Assembly: GCF_000195855.1 (NCBI RefSeq)
Contig: NC_002677.1
Location: forward strand, 2,460,001 to 2,492,000
Direction: 5' to 3'
From: Mycobacterium leprae TN
Lineage (GTDB): Bacteria; Actinomycetota; Actinomycetes; Mycobacteriales; Mycobacteriaceae
Length of the DNA: 32,000 nt
Shown here: piece by piece, positions 1 to 11,124 of the stretch
Layout of the letters: each line of letters starts with the position of its first letter
Position numbering within the stretch: the first letter of the stretch is position 1
Notes under the pieces: model-generated
What the model saw: the letters and a program-made list of their open reading frames with translations, nothing else
The model's database searches: none
What the model was told of the DNA's origin: nothing
Position numbers and translations under genes: made by a program

Positions 1-191
1 GGATGGCGCCGTTAGTCGATCAGCAAAACGCCGAAGACCCAGCATATCGCCCGATGGCGCCTAATTTCGATGACAGCATCGCGTTCCTAGCGGCGCAGGA
101 ACTGATACTGTCCGGCGCACAACAGCCCAACGGCTATACCGAGCCGATCCTGCATCGCCGTCGTCGCGAATTCAAGGCACAGAACCGGTGA
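1..191 (+). CDS. glcB: Malate synthase G, C-terminal end (5' part outside window)
   Basis: Open from window start to TGA at 189-191. The tail [58 protein letters not shown] is characteristic of mycobacterial malate synthase G. Confidence 0.93.
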   Translation, partial: MAPLVDQQNAEDPAYRPMAPNFDDSIAFLAAQELILSGAQQPNGYTEPILHRRRREFKAQNR

Positions 192-385
192 CGGATGCAG
201 GCTGCTGGCGGCCAGCTGTGAGAGCACCACCAGCCGCGCCGCGGCTAAGGACAGAATCGGGTCCATCTAGATAGAACCGCTGCCTTACGCCAGCTCGGCA
301 TACGGTTATGTAGTCGATGACTAAACTCGGCGCCGAGTTCAAACCAGATCAGACACGGATCAACAGAAAGGCGGCGAATACCGGT

Positions 386-2518
386 ATGGGTAGGCACAGC
401 ATGCCCGACCCTGAGGATTCCATCGATCAGCCATCTAACCAATTTGCTGCATCCGGGCCGGATCAGAGCGACGAGATAGATCACGGCTACCAAAGCAGGA
501 TGGGGTACCCAGAGCCTGTTTTTGAACCAGCGGCTACCGGCTCGCCGAGCTACCGGAGCTACCCGCACGGAGCAGAGCATCCGGCTGACTCCACACCCGA
601 GGCTCTCGACGAAACCATCGATTACCAGAGTTACTGGGCGGAAGACCGCAACGAGGACCTTTTTGTCGATGGTGCAGCCGACGACCACCCAGACTTTCCT
701 CCCCGACCCGCGGGCTCGTCGACTAGCTCACAGGCACCGACCAGCCTGTCGCACCTATTCAAAGCTAGCCACCGTAGCGTCGGCAAATGGCAAGGCGGAC
801 ACCGCAGTGACGGCGGACGACGAGGGGTCAGCATCGGCGTGATCGCGACCCTCGTCGCGGTCGTGGTGCTAGTGGGCGCGGTGATCATGTGGAGTTTCCT
901 CGGCCATATCTTGAACAATCGCAAGCACCAGGCAGCCGCACGCTGCGTAGGTGGTCACCAGACGGTCGCTGTCGTCGCCGATCCGTCGATCGCCGATTAC
1001 CTGCAAGAGTTCGCCCAAAGTTACAACGCATCCGCCCGACCGGTGGGCGACCACTGCATGATGGTGACTGTCAAACCTGTCGGCTCGGAGGCAGCCCTCA
1101 CTGGTTTCAACGACAGTTGGCCAGCTAATTTAGGGGACAAACCGGCACTGTGGATACCGGGCAGCTCGATCTCCGCAGCACGGCTCGCCGTGACCGCGGA
1201 TCAGAAGACAATCAGCGAAAGCCATTCTCTGGTGACGTCGCCAGTGCTGCTAGCGGTTCGGCCCGAATTCGAGCAGGCCCTCGCCAACAAGGGCTGGGCA
1301 GCACTGCCCGGCCTGCAAACCAATCCGAACTCCTTGGCTGATTTGAACCTGCCGGCCTGGGGATCACTCCGGCTGGCCTTGCCGATGAACGGCAACAGCG
1401 ACGCCACGTTTTTGGCCGGCGAGGCGGTAGCGACTGCGTCGGTACCTGCTGGTGCACCTGCAATCCAGGGCGTGGGAGCAGTGCGCACCCTAATGAGCGC
1501 CCAACCCAAACTCGCCGACAGCACCTGGGCAGAAGCGATGAGCACACTGCTCAAACCCGGTGACGTAGCAACTGCACCAGTGCACGCTGTGATCACCACC
1601 GAGCAGCAGCTATTCCAACGCGGCCAGTCATTGTCAGACGCCAAGAGCGCTTTGGGATCCTGGCTACCGCACGGGCCTGCGCCTGTTGCTGACTATCCCG
1701 CGGTGCTGCTCAACGGCTCGTGGCTGACACAGGAACAAGCCGCAGCGGCCAGTGAGTTTGCTCGGTTCGTGCAAAAACCCGACCAGCTAGCGAAGCTGGC
1801 TAAAGCTGGTTTTCGAGTTAACGGCGTCACACCGCCGAGCAGTTCCGTTACCAGTTTCGCGGCGGTGCCTTCCACCGTCTCGGTAGGTGACGACGGGATG
1901 CGCGCCACACTGGTCGAAGAAATGATCCAGCCGTCTAGCGGAGTAGCAGCGACTATCATGCTAGACCAGTCGATGCCCACCGATGAGGGCGGCAAAACCC
2001 GGTTGGCCAACGTCGTGGCGGCCCTGGACGACAAGATCAATGCGATGCCGCCCACCTCAGTCATGGGCCTGTGGACATTCGACGGCCACAAGGGTCAAAC
2101 AGAAGTGACAACCGGTCAGCTGGCCGACCCAGTCAACGGCCAGCCCCGCTCAGCAGCGCTGACGGCTGCGCTGGACAAGCAATACTCATCCAACGGCGGT
2201 GCGGTGTCATTTACCACGCTGCGAATGATCTACCAGGAGATGCTGGCCAATTACCACGTTGGCCAAACGAATTCGGTATTGGTGATCACTGCTGGACCGC
2301 ACACCGACCAAACCCTGGACGGAGCGAGGCTGCAGGATTTCATACGCACCAGTGCCGACCCGGCCAAACCGATCGCGGTAAACGTCATCGACTTCGGGAC
2401 CGACCCCGACCAGGCAACCTGGAAAGCTGTCGCCCAGATCAGCGGAGGAAGCTACCAGAACTTGTCGACGTCGGCCTCTCTTGACCTCGCTACCGCGATC
2501 AACACATTTTTGAGCTGA
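386..2518 (+). CDS. Rv1836c-like membrane protein: N-terminal disordered region, one TM helix, solute-binding-like and C-terminal VWA-like domain
   Basis: Long ORF (track start 317); the likely start is the internal ATG at 386 (MGRHSMPDPEDS). TM segment GVIATLVAVVVLVGAVIMWSFL; C-terminal VWA-like region ATIMLDQSMPTD...VLVITAGPHTDQTLDG. Position next to glcB fits the M. tuberculosis order. Confidence 0.88.
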   Translation: MGRHSMPDPEDSIDQPSNQFAASGPDQSDEIDHGYQSRMGYPEPVFEPAATGSPSYRSYPHGAEHPADSTPEALDETIDYQSYWAEDRNEDLFVDGAADDHPDFPPRPAGSSTSSQAPTSLSHLFKASHRSVGKWQGGHRSDGGRRGVSIGVIATLVAVVVLVGAVIMWSFLGHILNNRKHQAAARCVGGHQTVAVVADPSIADYLQEFAQSYNASARPVGDHCMMVTVKPVGSEAALTGFNDSWPANLGDKPALWIPGSSISAARLAVTADQKTISESHSLVTSPVLLAVRPEFEQALANKGWAALPGLQTNPNSLADLNLPAWGSLRLALPMNGNSDATFLAGEAVATASVPAGAPAIQGVGAVRTLMSAQPKLADSTWAEAMSTLLKPGDVATAPVHAVITTEQQLFQRGQSLSDAKSALGSWLPHGPAPVADYPAVLLNGSWLTQEQAAAASEFARFVQKPDQLAKLAKAGFRVNGVTPPSSSVTSFAAVPSTVSVGDDGMRATLVEEMIQPSSGVAATIMLDQSMPTDEGGKTRLANVVAALDDKINAMPPTSVMGLWTFDGHKGQTEVTTGQLADPVNGQPRSAALTAALDKQYSSNGGAVSFTTLRMIYQEMLANYHVGQTNSVLVITAGPHTDQTLDGARLQDFIRTSADPAKPIAVNVIDFGTDPDQATWKAVAQISGGSYQNLSTSASLDLATAINTFLS

Positions 2519-2543
2519 GCTCGTCGACGCGGTACGGAGCGCA

Positions 2544-3400
2544 ATGAACGTTGAATGCATTCCAGATCCCCAGCTGTACCTATTTCCGTCGGACTGTTTC
2601 GACAGCTCACGAGGGCGCATCCATTACATCGACGATGGAGATGCCCCGGCCAATGTTGTTGTGCCACGGCAATCCCACCTGGAGCTTCATGTACCACAAC
2701 ATTGTGGTCGCACTGCGTGATCGGCTTCGCTGCATCGCGCCCGATGATCTCGATTTCGGGTTCTCTAAGCGTCCCGCGGGATTCAGCTGCAAAATACACG
2801 AACACCTCCCCAAGTGGTGGGCAAGTTGGTCGTTGACCTGAACCAAGACCGCAGACAACTACCTGACGATGAACGAGGACTGGGGTGGAACGGATCAGCA
2901 TGACGGTCGCGGTCGAGCGTGCCGCTCGGGTGCGCGGCATGAATTTTAGGAAATACCTGATTTTAGCCGACAGACACGTGGACAACAAAGACCGTCAGCA
3001 GGAGTAGTGTACAGCCTGCCGATGCAGCTACCCGATCCTGCGATAAAATTTCTTTGTCGAGAGGCTGTATCCCCACCAGAACAGAGCGCCGACTCAGCAC
3101 CGCGGTGATAGCACATTACTGGGCGGTATAACCCAACGCCACAGCACGGTTGAGCATAGCCGAAAATGCCCAAGCAGATCCTGCCTGGCCGCCCGTCCTC
3201 TGCGGGCACGGCACGTGTAAGAAGTGTCAGCCAAACTCGGTACCAAACCGCCCTTGTTTGTGTAGGACATGAAGGATTTTGCCTTCAGACTTGACCCTAC
3301 GCTGCCGTGTATGCGCGAGACGCTCCCGAATAACATCCTGGTCGAACATGCACACTGCCAAGTAATTTCAAGCCGGCGATAATCCTCGAGAGCTTAGGCT
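2544..3400 (+). pseudogene. Haloalkane dehalogenase (alpha/beta hydrolase) pseudogene, Rv1833c-like
   Basis: Pieces spread over several frames: CIPDPQLYLFPSDCFDSSRGRIHYIDDG, LLCHGNPTWSFMYHNIVVALRDRLRCIAPDDLDFGFSKRPAGFSCKIHEH, then GWNGSA, ILGNT, VIAHYWAV, with stops and frameshifts. 3' end approximate. Confidence 0.85.
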
Positions 3401-3418
3401 GGATGGTTCGGGGCCGGC

Positions 3419-6277
3419 TCAGACGAACGCCTCCACCGGCAGGCACGAGCACACCAAATTGCGGTCGCCGTAGACACCGTCGATACGACGCACCGGCGGC
3501 CACACCTTCGGCCGGAACGCTTTGCCAAGCGGATAAGCGGCCTCTTCTCGGGTATACGGATGATCCCAGTCGGAGGCCAGCAGGCACTCAGCGGTGTGCG
3601 GTGCGCCGCGTAGTGGGTTGTCCTCAACAGACCACTCCCCTGCACCGACGCGGGCGATCTCGCCACGGATGGCGATCATGGCCTCGCAAAATGCATCAAT
3701 TTCGGCCAGGCTCTCACTCTCGGTGGGTTCCACCATCAGCGTTCCGGGCACCGGGAAGCTCATCGTGGGCGCGTGAAAACCATAATCCGCCAAGCGTTTA
3801 GCAACATCGTCGACAGTCACACCAACCGACTTGGTGATCGGTCGCAAGTCCAGGATGCACTCGTGGGCGACCATTCCGTTCTCGCCGGTGTACAGCACCG
3901 GGAAGTATTTGTCGAGCCGACGGGCTATGTAGTTGGCCGAGGCGATTGCGGTCAGCGATGCCGTTCGCAGACCGTCGGCGCCCATCATCCTGATATAGGC
4001 CCACGTGATCGGCAGGAGTGAGGCGGACCCATACGGCGCCGACGACACCGGCTGACCTTGCGGCAGTTCGGGAGCAAAGGGGTGACCCGGCAGAAACGAG
4101 ACCAAATGCGAACGAACCGCCACCGGCCCGACTCCTGGTCCTCCGCCACCGTGCGGGATGCAAAACGTTTTGTGCAGGTTCAGGTGGCTGACGTCGCCAC
4201 CAAACTTGCCCGGCCGGGCCAGGCCGACCAGCGCGTTGAGGTTGGCCCCATCGACATAAACTTGACCACCGGCGTCATGCACCGCCGCGCAGATCTCGGC
4301 AATGTCATGCTCATAGACGCCGTGTGTGGACGGATAGGTGATCATTAACACGGACAGCCGGTTGGCATGCTCGCTGAGCTTGATACGTAGATCGTCAAGA
4401 TCAACGTCACCGTTATCGTGGCAACCCACCACGACCACGCGCATACCGACCAACGCCGCCGATGCGGCGTTGGTGCCATGCGCGCTTGACGGAATCAAAC
4501 AGACGTTGCGGTGCGGTTCCCCTCGGCTGACGTGGTAGTCGTGAATCGCCAACAGACCAGCGTACTCCCCCTGAGAGCCCGCGTTGGGCTGCAAGGAAAC
4601 CGCATCGTAGCCGGTAATCTGCACCAGCCAGCTCTCCAAGTCGCTAATGAGACGACGCAGCCCGGGGGTGTCTGATACTGGTGCGAATGGATGCTGGCGC
4701 GTGAATTCCTGCCAGGTAATCGACTCCATCTCGGCGGCGGCGTTGAGCTTCATCGTGCACGAACCGAGCGGAATCATGCTGCGGTCCAGAGCGATATCCT
4801 TATCCGCCAAGGCACGCAAGTACCGCATCATTGAAGTTTCGGTGCGGTACTTGGTAAATGTCGGATGCGTCAGGAACGCCGAGGTTCGGGTCGCGATATC
4901 CGGACCGGCGAAGCTCGCCCGCGCCGGCGTCGCTGCGAACGCCGCCAACACGGCCGTGATGTGCTCATCGGTGGTGGCCTCGTCACAGGCCACCGAAACA
5001 TGGTCGCCGTCCACGAGCCAGACATTGATACCGCGCTCCTTCGCAGCGCCCTGAATTTGCACCGTCCGGCCGGGTACCCGGGCCAGCACGGTGTCGAAGA
5101 ACGCCTGGTGTACCACCTCAACACCGGCTGCGGACAGACCGGCCGCCAGGGCGCGTGCCTGTGCATGCACCCGCCGCGCGATACCGGTCAATCCCTCGGC
5201 ACCATGGTAACTGGCGTACATCGCAGCCATCACCGCCAACAGCACCTGTGCGGTGCAGATGTTGCTTGTCGCCTTGTCTCGGCGGATATGTTGCTCGCGG
5301 GTCTGCAGCGCCAACCGGTAGGCCGGTGTGCCGTCGCTGTCGACAGAAACACCTACCAACCGACCCGGCAGCTGACGGGCATGCTTAGTGTGCAGGGCGA
5401 GGTATCCAGCATGCGGGCCACCAAATCCCATTGGCACGCCGAACCTCTGAGTAGTACCGAATGCGACGTCGGCGCCGATCTCGCCCGGTGGCGTAATCAA
5501 CGTCAGCGCTAACAGATCGGCACCGACAGCGACCAATGCGCCGCGGCTGTGGGCCTGGGCGATTAAAGCGGTCCAGTCGGTAATCCGGCCGCTGGCTCCG
5601 GGAAGTTGGGTGATGACGCCAAAGAACTCACCGTCCGGTAGTCCTTCGCGTAGGTCGGCCACAACGATGTCGATGCCTAACGGTTTGGCCCGAGTGGCGA
5701 ACACTGCGACAGTCTGGGCAAACACGTCGACGTCAACGACCACCCGGCTCGCCGTACTGCGGGCAGCACGGTACATCAATGTCATGGCCTCGGCTGCTGC
5801 TGTGCCCTCGTCGAGCATCGATGCGTTTGCGATCTCCAAGCCAGTAAGATCGCTGACCAGAGTCTGGAAATTCAGCAACGCTTCCAGCCGACCCTGACTG
5901 ATTTCGGGCTGGTACGGCGTATAGGGAGTATACCAGGCCGGGTTCTCCAAGATGTTGCGCGACAGCACCGCTGGCGTGAGGGTGTCGTAGTAGCCCTGCC
6001 CGATCATCGATACGGCAACGGTATTAGCACGAGCAAGCGCACCTAGCTCGGCTAGCGTCTCGGACTCGGTAGCCGGCGGCGGCAACCGGTCCAGGCCCGG
6101 TGCAACGCCGGTGTCGGTGACATTATCGAGAATGTCGCTAGGAACTGCCTTAGCTGCCAGATCGTCTAGCGATTCGACGCCGATGACTGCAAGCATGGTC
6201 GCAACGTCCTCGCTGTTAGGGCCAATATGCCGGGCTGTAAAGCAGGTCTGCTTGTTCGATGAGTTCGGTACCGACAC
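3419..6277 (-). CDS. gcvP: Glycine dehydrogenase (decarboxylating), glycine cleavage P protein
   Basis: 952-aa intact ORF with ARHIGPN N-terminus, PLP-lysine region [20 protein letters not shown], and [16 protein letters not shown]. Confidence 0.98.
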   Translation of the reverse strand: MSVPNSSNKQTCFTARHIGPNSEDVATMLAVIGVESLDDLAAKAVPSDILDNVTDTGVAPGLDRLPPPATESETLAELGALARANTVAVSMIGQGYYDTLTPAVLSRNILENPAWYTPYTPYQPEISQGRLEALLNFQTLVSDLTGLEIANASMLDEGTAAAEAMTLMYRAARSTASRVVVDVDVFAQTVAVFATRAKPLGIDIVVADLREGLPDGEFFGVITQLPGASGRITDWTALIAQAHSRGALVAVGADLLALTLITPPGEIGADVAFGTTQRFGVPMGFGGPHAGYLALHTKHARQLPGRLVGVSVDSDGTPAYRLALQTREQHIRRDKATSNICTAQVLLAVMAAMYASYHGAEGLTGIARRVHAQARALAAGLSAAGVEVVHQAFFDTVLARVPGRTVQIQGAAKERGINVWLVDGDHVSVACDEATTDEHITAVLAAFAATPARASFAGPDIATRTSAFLTHPTFTKYRTETSMMRYLRALADKDIALDRSMIPLGSCTMKLNAAAEMESITWQEFTRQHPFAPVSDTPGLRRLISDLESWLVQITGYDAVSLQPNAGSQGEYAGLLAIHDYHVSRGEPHRNVCLIPSSAHGTNAASAALVGMRVVVVGCHDNGDVDLDDLRIKLSEHANRLSVLMITYPSTHGVYEHDIAEICAAVHDAGGQVYVDGANLNALVGLARPGKFGGDVSHLNLHKTFCIPHGGGGPGVGPVAVRSHLVSFLPGHPFAPELPQGQPVSSAPYGSASLLPITWAYIRMMGADGLRTASLTAIASANYIARRLDKYFPVLYTGENGMVAHECILDLRPITKSVGVTVDDVAKRLADYGFHAPTMSFPVPGTLMVEPTESESLAEIDAFCEAMIAIRGEIARVGAGEWSVEDNPLRGAPHTAECLLASDWDHPYTREEAAYPLGKAFRPKVWPPVRRIDGVYGDRNLVCSCLPVEAFV

Positions 6278-6444
6278 TCAGAAACTCCTGATGTAAAGTT
6301 AGAGCGCAACGCGATGATGTTGCCAACATCGCGTTCGTAACTGACGGTCACAGAACTCTCCCGCGTGAGGGCGATGCAGATCCAACTTTACCCTCCGCCT
6401 CGCACGCGAGGGTAAACAATAGGAAGCCGCTAACTACGCTGCAG

Positions 6445-7140
6445 TTAGCCAATTTTACGGTCGCGATGCTTGCGCCGGGAAGCCAGTTCGTCTTCCGGCG
6501 CAGCTATCGACTCGCCACCATCGGCGCGCTCACCACGGAAGTCGTCGATCACGCCGGTCAGCTCACGCATAGCGCCGGACACGGCAATACCGAACACGCC
6601 CTGCCCGCCTTGTAACAGGTCGACAACCTCTTCTGCCGACGTGCACTCATACACCGTAGTGCCGTCGGAGAACAAAGTGATATTGGCTAGATCCTGAACG
6701 CCACGCTGGCGTAAATGGTCAACGGCAACCCGAATATTGTGCAACGAGATACCGGTGTCGAGCAATCGCTTGACGATCTTGAGAACCAGGATGTCCTTGA
6801 ACGAGTACAGGCGCTGGCTGCCGGAGCCAGCCGCACCCCGGATAGATGGAACCACTAATGACGTCCGTGCCCAATAGTCCAGCTGGCGGTACGTGATCCC
6901 GGCGATCTGGCAGGCGCTGGGCCCGCGGTAGCCAACCAACTCGTCAGGCACGGAGTCGTCAGGGAAGAGTCCGGGTTGTGCTGGTCCGCTTACTGCGGTA
7001 GGGCCATTGAGGCCAATGTCACCATGGGTTGTAGCGGTCGGGGTGTCCCGGTAGTCCGCAAGGTCCAGCTGACCTTGACGTGGCTGCTCGCTCACGGTGT
7101 TTCCTCTCGCCGATCGCGCTCTGGTCACTAGATGCGTCAT
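6445..7140 (-). CDS. MerR-family transcriptional regulator (Rv1830-like)
   Basis: 231-aa ORF with MerR core YRQLDYWARTSLVVPSIRGAAGSGSQRLYSFKDILVLKIVKRLLDTGISLHNIRVAVDHLR. The true start may be the internal GTG corresponding to VSEQPRQGQLDLAD. Confidence 0.85.
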   Translation of the reverse strand: MTHLVTRARSARGNTVSEQPRQGQLDLADYRDTPTATTHGDIGLNGPTAVSGPAQPGLFPDDSVPDELVGYRGPSACQIAGITYRQLDYWARTSLVVPSIRGAAGSGSQRLYSFKDILVLKIVKRLLDTGISLHNIRVAVDHLRQRGVQDLANITLFSDGTTVYECTSAEEVVDLLQGGQGVFGIAVSGAMRELTGVIDDFRGERADGGESIAAPEDELASRRKHRDRKIG

Positions 7141-7372
7141 TGGCTCCCCTCGGTAGCCATGTTTGGTCAGGCCCGAGTGCTAAAAAGCATACGCTGTTCG
7201 GTAGTTGCCCTACCTGAAGTGGTCATCAAAATATGACCGTCGCTAAAATCTGTCAGCACTATCCACTAGGCGTGTCGCATCGCAGTGCTATACGAGACGC
7301 ATTCGTGATGTTAGCGCAAGCGTCCGTACCCGCCTTCACGCCCATCGTTACACGGCGCGCATCGTCGCTGGG

Positions 7373-7867
7373 CTAGGTCGCTTTGAAATCGTCAGGCGAC
7401 ACGCTGTCGAGAAACTCCTTGAACTTCTCTACCTCATCCTCGCGAACAGCGCCGCCGACCTCCTCATCATTTTCGTCGGGAATCAGCAGGCCGGCTTGAG
7501 CAAGCACGACGTCCTCGACGTAGATCGGAACACCGACCCGCAAAGCGATCGCCACCGAGTCCGAAGGACGCGCCGAGACCTTGATATTGCGATCGAAGAT
7601 CAGATCAGCGTAAAAAGTGCCTTCCTGTAGATCGACGATCCGCACCTCTTTAAGTGAATGCCCAAGCGCGGCAATGACGTCTCTGATCAGATCGTGCGTC
7701 AGTGGACGGGGCGGTTCGATACCTTGCTGCTCCAGCGCAATCGCGGCGGCCTCCGACTGGCCGATCCAGATTGGCAGATAACGGTCACCATTGGCTTCTC
7801 GCAGCAACAGCACCGGCTGGTTCTGCGGCTGCTCGACACGAATGCCGACAACACGAACTTCACCCAT
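7373..7867 (-). CDS. DUF151 / bifunctional nuclease family protein (Rv1829-like)
   Basis: 164-aa ORF; MGEVRVVGIRVEQPQNQPVLLLREANGDRYLPIWIGQSEAAAIALEQQG is characteristic of the DUF151 bifunctional nuclease family. Confidence 0.9.
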   Translation of the reverse strand: MGEVRVVGIRVEQPQNQPVLLLREANGDRYLPIWIGQSEAAAIALEQQGIEPPRPLTHDLIRDVIAALGHSLKEVRIVDLQEGTFYADLIFDRNIKVSARPSDSVAIALRVGVPIYVEDVVLAQAGLLIPDENDEEVGGAVREDEVEKFKEFLDSVSPDDFKAT

Positions 7868-7983
7868 CTTTGTCCGCCCTCCGCACTTGCCGCTGTGTTC
7901 GATTCAGGCTCGGCACGACGACACGGTAGACACCGTGCCTTGCCACGCCGCCGAACACCAAGCTGTCGAACGAAGTCTAATCC

Positions 7984-8739
7984 TCAGCGGTGTAGAACGC
8001 CGCGAACCGCAGATTTGATCAACGAAGTGTGCAAAGTGATGGCGAGCGCAGCAACCTCACGCGCCAAGTCGTCGGCGCGGTCACGGGCACCGGCCTTACC
8101 GGCTTTGACGATCGGCCCGGCGATTTGGACGATCAGGTCGGACTGGCGGTCAGCCGCTGACCGGAAGGCTCGCAGATGCCGCGGCTCAACACCGTACTCG
8201 GACAGCGCCCGCGCGCATTGGAGGATCACGATTGCATGCTCATCGAAAAATCCGCCCGGCCCGGTGGTAATCACACCGGCCTTGAGCAGCGCCGTCAACA
8301 AGTCGTCTGCCACTCCTGAGCGGTCCAAGAGGTCTTCTCGACTCAGCCGGACGCCGGCGGGCGATACCGCCGGGATGTCGGATCCGACCCCCGATCCGAC
8401 ACCGGCACCCGGGCCGCCCGTCACCGAAAACAATCGGGGTGCGACATAAGGCGACCCGAATGATGGTAACTCACCATCAGGCTGGGCGTCCAGCTGCGCC
8501 CTAATAACCTTCAGCGGTAGATAGTGATCGCGCTGTGCAGTTAGGATGAACCGCAGCCGTGCACAATCATACGCGGTGAACCGCCGGTACCCCGATGCAG
8601 AACGCTGAGGGGTCACGAGCCCCTCAGCCTCCAGGAAACGAATCTTGGAGATTGTCACATCAGGAAAATCCGACCTCAGCAGATCCAAGACCGCCCCAAT
8701 CGACATCCCGACCAGTGCCGGGCTATCGGGCGCACTCAC
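7984..8739 (-). CDS. MerR-family transcriptional regulator (Rv1828-like)
   Basis: 251-aa ORF; [54 protein letters not shown] is a MerR DNA-binding domain. GTG start. Confidence 0.93.
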   Translation of the reverse strand: MSAPDSPALVGMSIGAVLDLLRSDFPDVTISKIRFLEAEGLVTPQRSASGYRRFTAYDCARLRFILTAQRDHYLPLKVIRAQLDAQPDGELPSFGSPYVAPRLFSVTGGPGAGVGSGVGSDIPAVSPAGVRLSREDLLDRSGVADDLLTALLKAGVITTGPGGFFDEHAIVILQCARALSEYGVEPRHLRAFRSAADRQSDLIVQIAGPIVKAGKAGARDRADDLAREVAALAITLHTSLIKSAVRGVLHR

Positions 8740-9224
8740 TTGCCTGCGGTTCGCCCGGTGTCGTCATCCTGCTTGGAACCGATCAGGAACACTAAGCGGA
8801 ATTTGCCGATCTGCACTTCGTCACCGTTTGCCAATACCGCAGAATCCACCGGCTCACGGTTGACGTAGGTGCCGTTGAGGCTGCCAACATCGACGACATG
8901 GAACTCATTACCTTCTAACCGGAATTCGGCGTGACGGCGGCTCACCGTGACGTCATCGAGGAAGATGTCGCTGTCAGGGTGTCGGCCGGCGGAGGTGATG
9001 GCCTGGTCGAGTAAAAAGCGCGATCCGGCGTTTGGCCCCCGTTTGACGACCAGCAACGCCGAGCCCGCCAGAAGTCCTTCAACCCCGGATACCACGCTCT
9101 CAGCACCTGCCTGTGCTGGAGCGTCCAGTTCGTTGAGGAAGTCGGCGCGGAAGACCGAAGTCGTCTCCACGGTGACTTCGTCAGAAGTCTGGTCTTCTTG
9201 TCTTCCTGAGTCCATGTCCGTCAC
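8736..9224 (-). CDS. garA: Glycogen accumulation regulator GarA, FHA-domain protein
   Basis: Track ORF extends to 9299, but the conserved N-terminus (GTG at 9224, MTDMDSGRQ...) gives 162 aa. Contains phospho-acceptor motif VTVETTSVF and FHA core [24 protein letters not shown]...LNGTYVN. Confidence 0.93.
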   Translation of the reverse strand: MTDMDSGRQEDQTSDEVTVETTSVFRADFLNELDAPAQAGAESVVSGVEGLLAGSALLVVKRGPNAGSRFLLDQAITSAGRHPDSDIFLDDVTVSRRHAEFRLEGNEFHVVDVGSLNGTYVNREPVDSAVLANGDEVQIGKFRLVFLIGSKQDDDTGRTAGK

Positions 9225-9467
9225 CCGCTGCTCCTTACTGGCCGCTGTGGCGTTGCCTGACCCGGGCCACTCGGCCCGGCTTCCCGCTAGGTTCTCCACC
9301 TGGTACTGCCGATTACAGCCATCTAGGGCTCATGTGTCGACCGTACCGCGCGGCGGTCTGCAATGCGCCAACCACCACAGGATCGGACCCTCATTGCCCA
9401 GCTCCTCCTCGAGCAGCCCGGCGTCCGCATCATCGTCACGTGGGATTGCCAAGCACCCTAGCAATCA

Positions 9468-9866
9468 TCATTTGGTTAGCGTGCCGCGATAAGTCTCGGC
9501 GTCAAGCAGCGTTGCGATAGCTGACTCCAAAGCCCCGACGTCGGAGACGTGAACATCCAGTAGCCAGCCAGCGCCGTATGGGTCAGAGTTCACTAGTTGG
9601 GGACTGCCTTCCAGATCGGTGTTTACCGCCGACACTGTACCCGACACCGGTGCATACAAGTCCGACACCGATTTCGTCGATTCCACTTCGCCGAAGGATT
9701 TGCCCGCCGCTAACTCAGCGCCAACTTCTGGCAGCTGGACGAAAACCACATCACCCAGTGTCGACTGCGCGAAGTCGGTGAGCCCGACCCGGACGGTGTC
9801 TTCGCGACTGCGCCGAATCCACTCATGCTCAGCAGTGTAATGCAGATCGGACGGGATATCACTCAC
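9468..9866 (-). CDS. gcvH: Glycine cleavage system H protein
   Basis: 132-aa ORF; YTAEHEWIRRSREDTVRVGLTDFAQSTLGDVVFVQLPEVG and lipoyl-lysine motif GEVESTKSVSDLYAPVSG. Confidence 0.97.
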   Translation of the reverse strand: MSDIPSDLHYTAEHEWIRRSREDTVRVGLTDFAQSTLGDVVFVQLPEVGAELAAGKSFGEVESTKSVSDLYAPVSGTVSAVNTDLEGSPQLVNSDPYGAGWLLDVHVSDVGALESAIATLLDAETYRGTLTK

Positions 9867-9894
9867 GGTAATCCTATTCTGGTCGGTGATCTAC

Positions 9895-10740
9895 TTGACG
9901 GGCTGAGCGTATTGGTGCGATTTTGGTGGCCGCAAGGCGGTTACGTCCACTCGATCGACTTGTTGCACCGACACCACGCGGCCAACGCATTTGACGCTGT
10001 CCTGACCACCCAGGTATCGATACCGACCCGTACCGACTGGTATGCATCATTGATCTCGATCGCCTCGGCGCCGGCGGCACACAACTTGTTGATCACGTCA
10101 AGCATTGCTTGGGGCACGACCCCGGGGCCGGTATCGTCGATCGTCAACGTGACACCCGGCCCAGTGACGCCGACGGCACCGACCAGTATGAACAGCACAG
10201 CCAATCGAGTCTGGGCGCTTTGGATGGGATGGCGGCCTGATCGGTGTTGCCTGATGCTTGCGACACGTTCAACATGTTCTGTAGTTCGGTCACTTAGGTG
10301 TTAACGTGACCTCGCGTTGCCGTAACGGACCTAGCAGCACCAACAGGTCGGCAGAACGCGCAGTTTTTAAGGAATCATCGGACTTGGTCTGGCAGACCTG
10401 GGTGACAATGGCGATCCCCAAGAGCAAGCACAACAGGATCACTAGCGTTCCAAACGCCAGACGCGAGCGACCGCTCCGCAGTGACCCGGACAGTCCCGTG
10501 CGGCATAGCGACCCGCTAAGTTGTCGCGGATAGTCGGCGGTAGTTCGTTGCGCCCATGGCGCGCCGCTTCACGAGCTTTGGGGTCGGTGTTGGGTTGAGT
10601 CATGCCGATTTGGCTCGTCACAACCTTCCCATTCTGGGGGACCAGCGTGTACCAGGGGATCCTGGTACACGCTGACCTCATATCGGTCATGGCACCGCTT
10701 CTCTTCCCACATATCACTCTTTCGCTCTGCATCGTCACCA
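9895..10740 (-). pseudogene. DUF881-family membrane protein pseudogene (Rv1825-like)
   Basis: Fragments in different frames: GAVGVTGPGVTLTIDDTGPGVV...VINKLCAAGAEAIEINDAYQSVRVGIDTWVV (DUF881 core), and near the 5' end REAARHGRNELPP. Boundaries approximate. Confidence 0.72.
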
Positions 10741-10747
10741 GTGCATG

Positions 10748-11070
10748 TCACGCCCCGAACAGCCTGCGCCGCAGCGTGGCGGCACTGCCAAAGATACGAA
10801 TACCCAGCACCACAATGATCGCCGTGGATAGTTGCGTACCAACGCCCAGCTGGTAGCCGACATAGACGATCAGGGCAGCCATCGAGACGTTGAATACGAA
10901 CGAAATAACGAACACCTTCGGGTCAAAGATCCGCTCAAGATAGGCACACAGTCCGCCGAACACCGCGTCGAGCGCAGCGACCACAGCGATCGGCAAATAC
11001 TGGTTAGATGAGCTCAGGTTCGCTAGAGTGAAAAGCTAGGCCCAGGACGATGCCAATCGCAAGCACTACG
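10748..11070 (-). pseudogene. Small basic protein (DUF1290/Rv1824-like), N-terminus frameshifted
   Basis: Clean 82-aa segment (M/L)PIAVVAALDAVFGGLCAYLERIFDPKVFVISFVFNVSMAALIVYVGYQLGVGTQLSTAIIVVLGIRIFG. The preceding conserved part IGIVLGLAFHSSEPELI lies in a different frame (codon registers 11060 vs 10996 differ by 64 nt) and runs into TAA. Confidence 0.65.
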
Positions 11071-11124
11071 AGACCGTAGCATAATGGTCGGATTCCCTAC
11101 GAGTTGCCCCAAGGGGAATCATTA

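Noticed and set aside
1201-1644. 147-aa minus-strand ORF
   Set aside because: Antisense to the Rv1836c-like CDS, without recognisable domain.
5155-5388. Small ORFs opposite gcvP (also 4338-4538, 4647-5054, 4865-5512)
   Set aside because: All are inside the intact 952-aa gcvP frame on the other strand.
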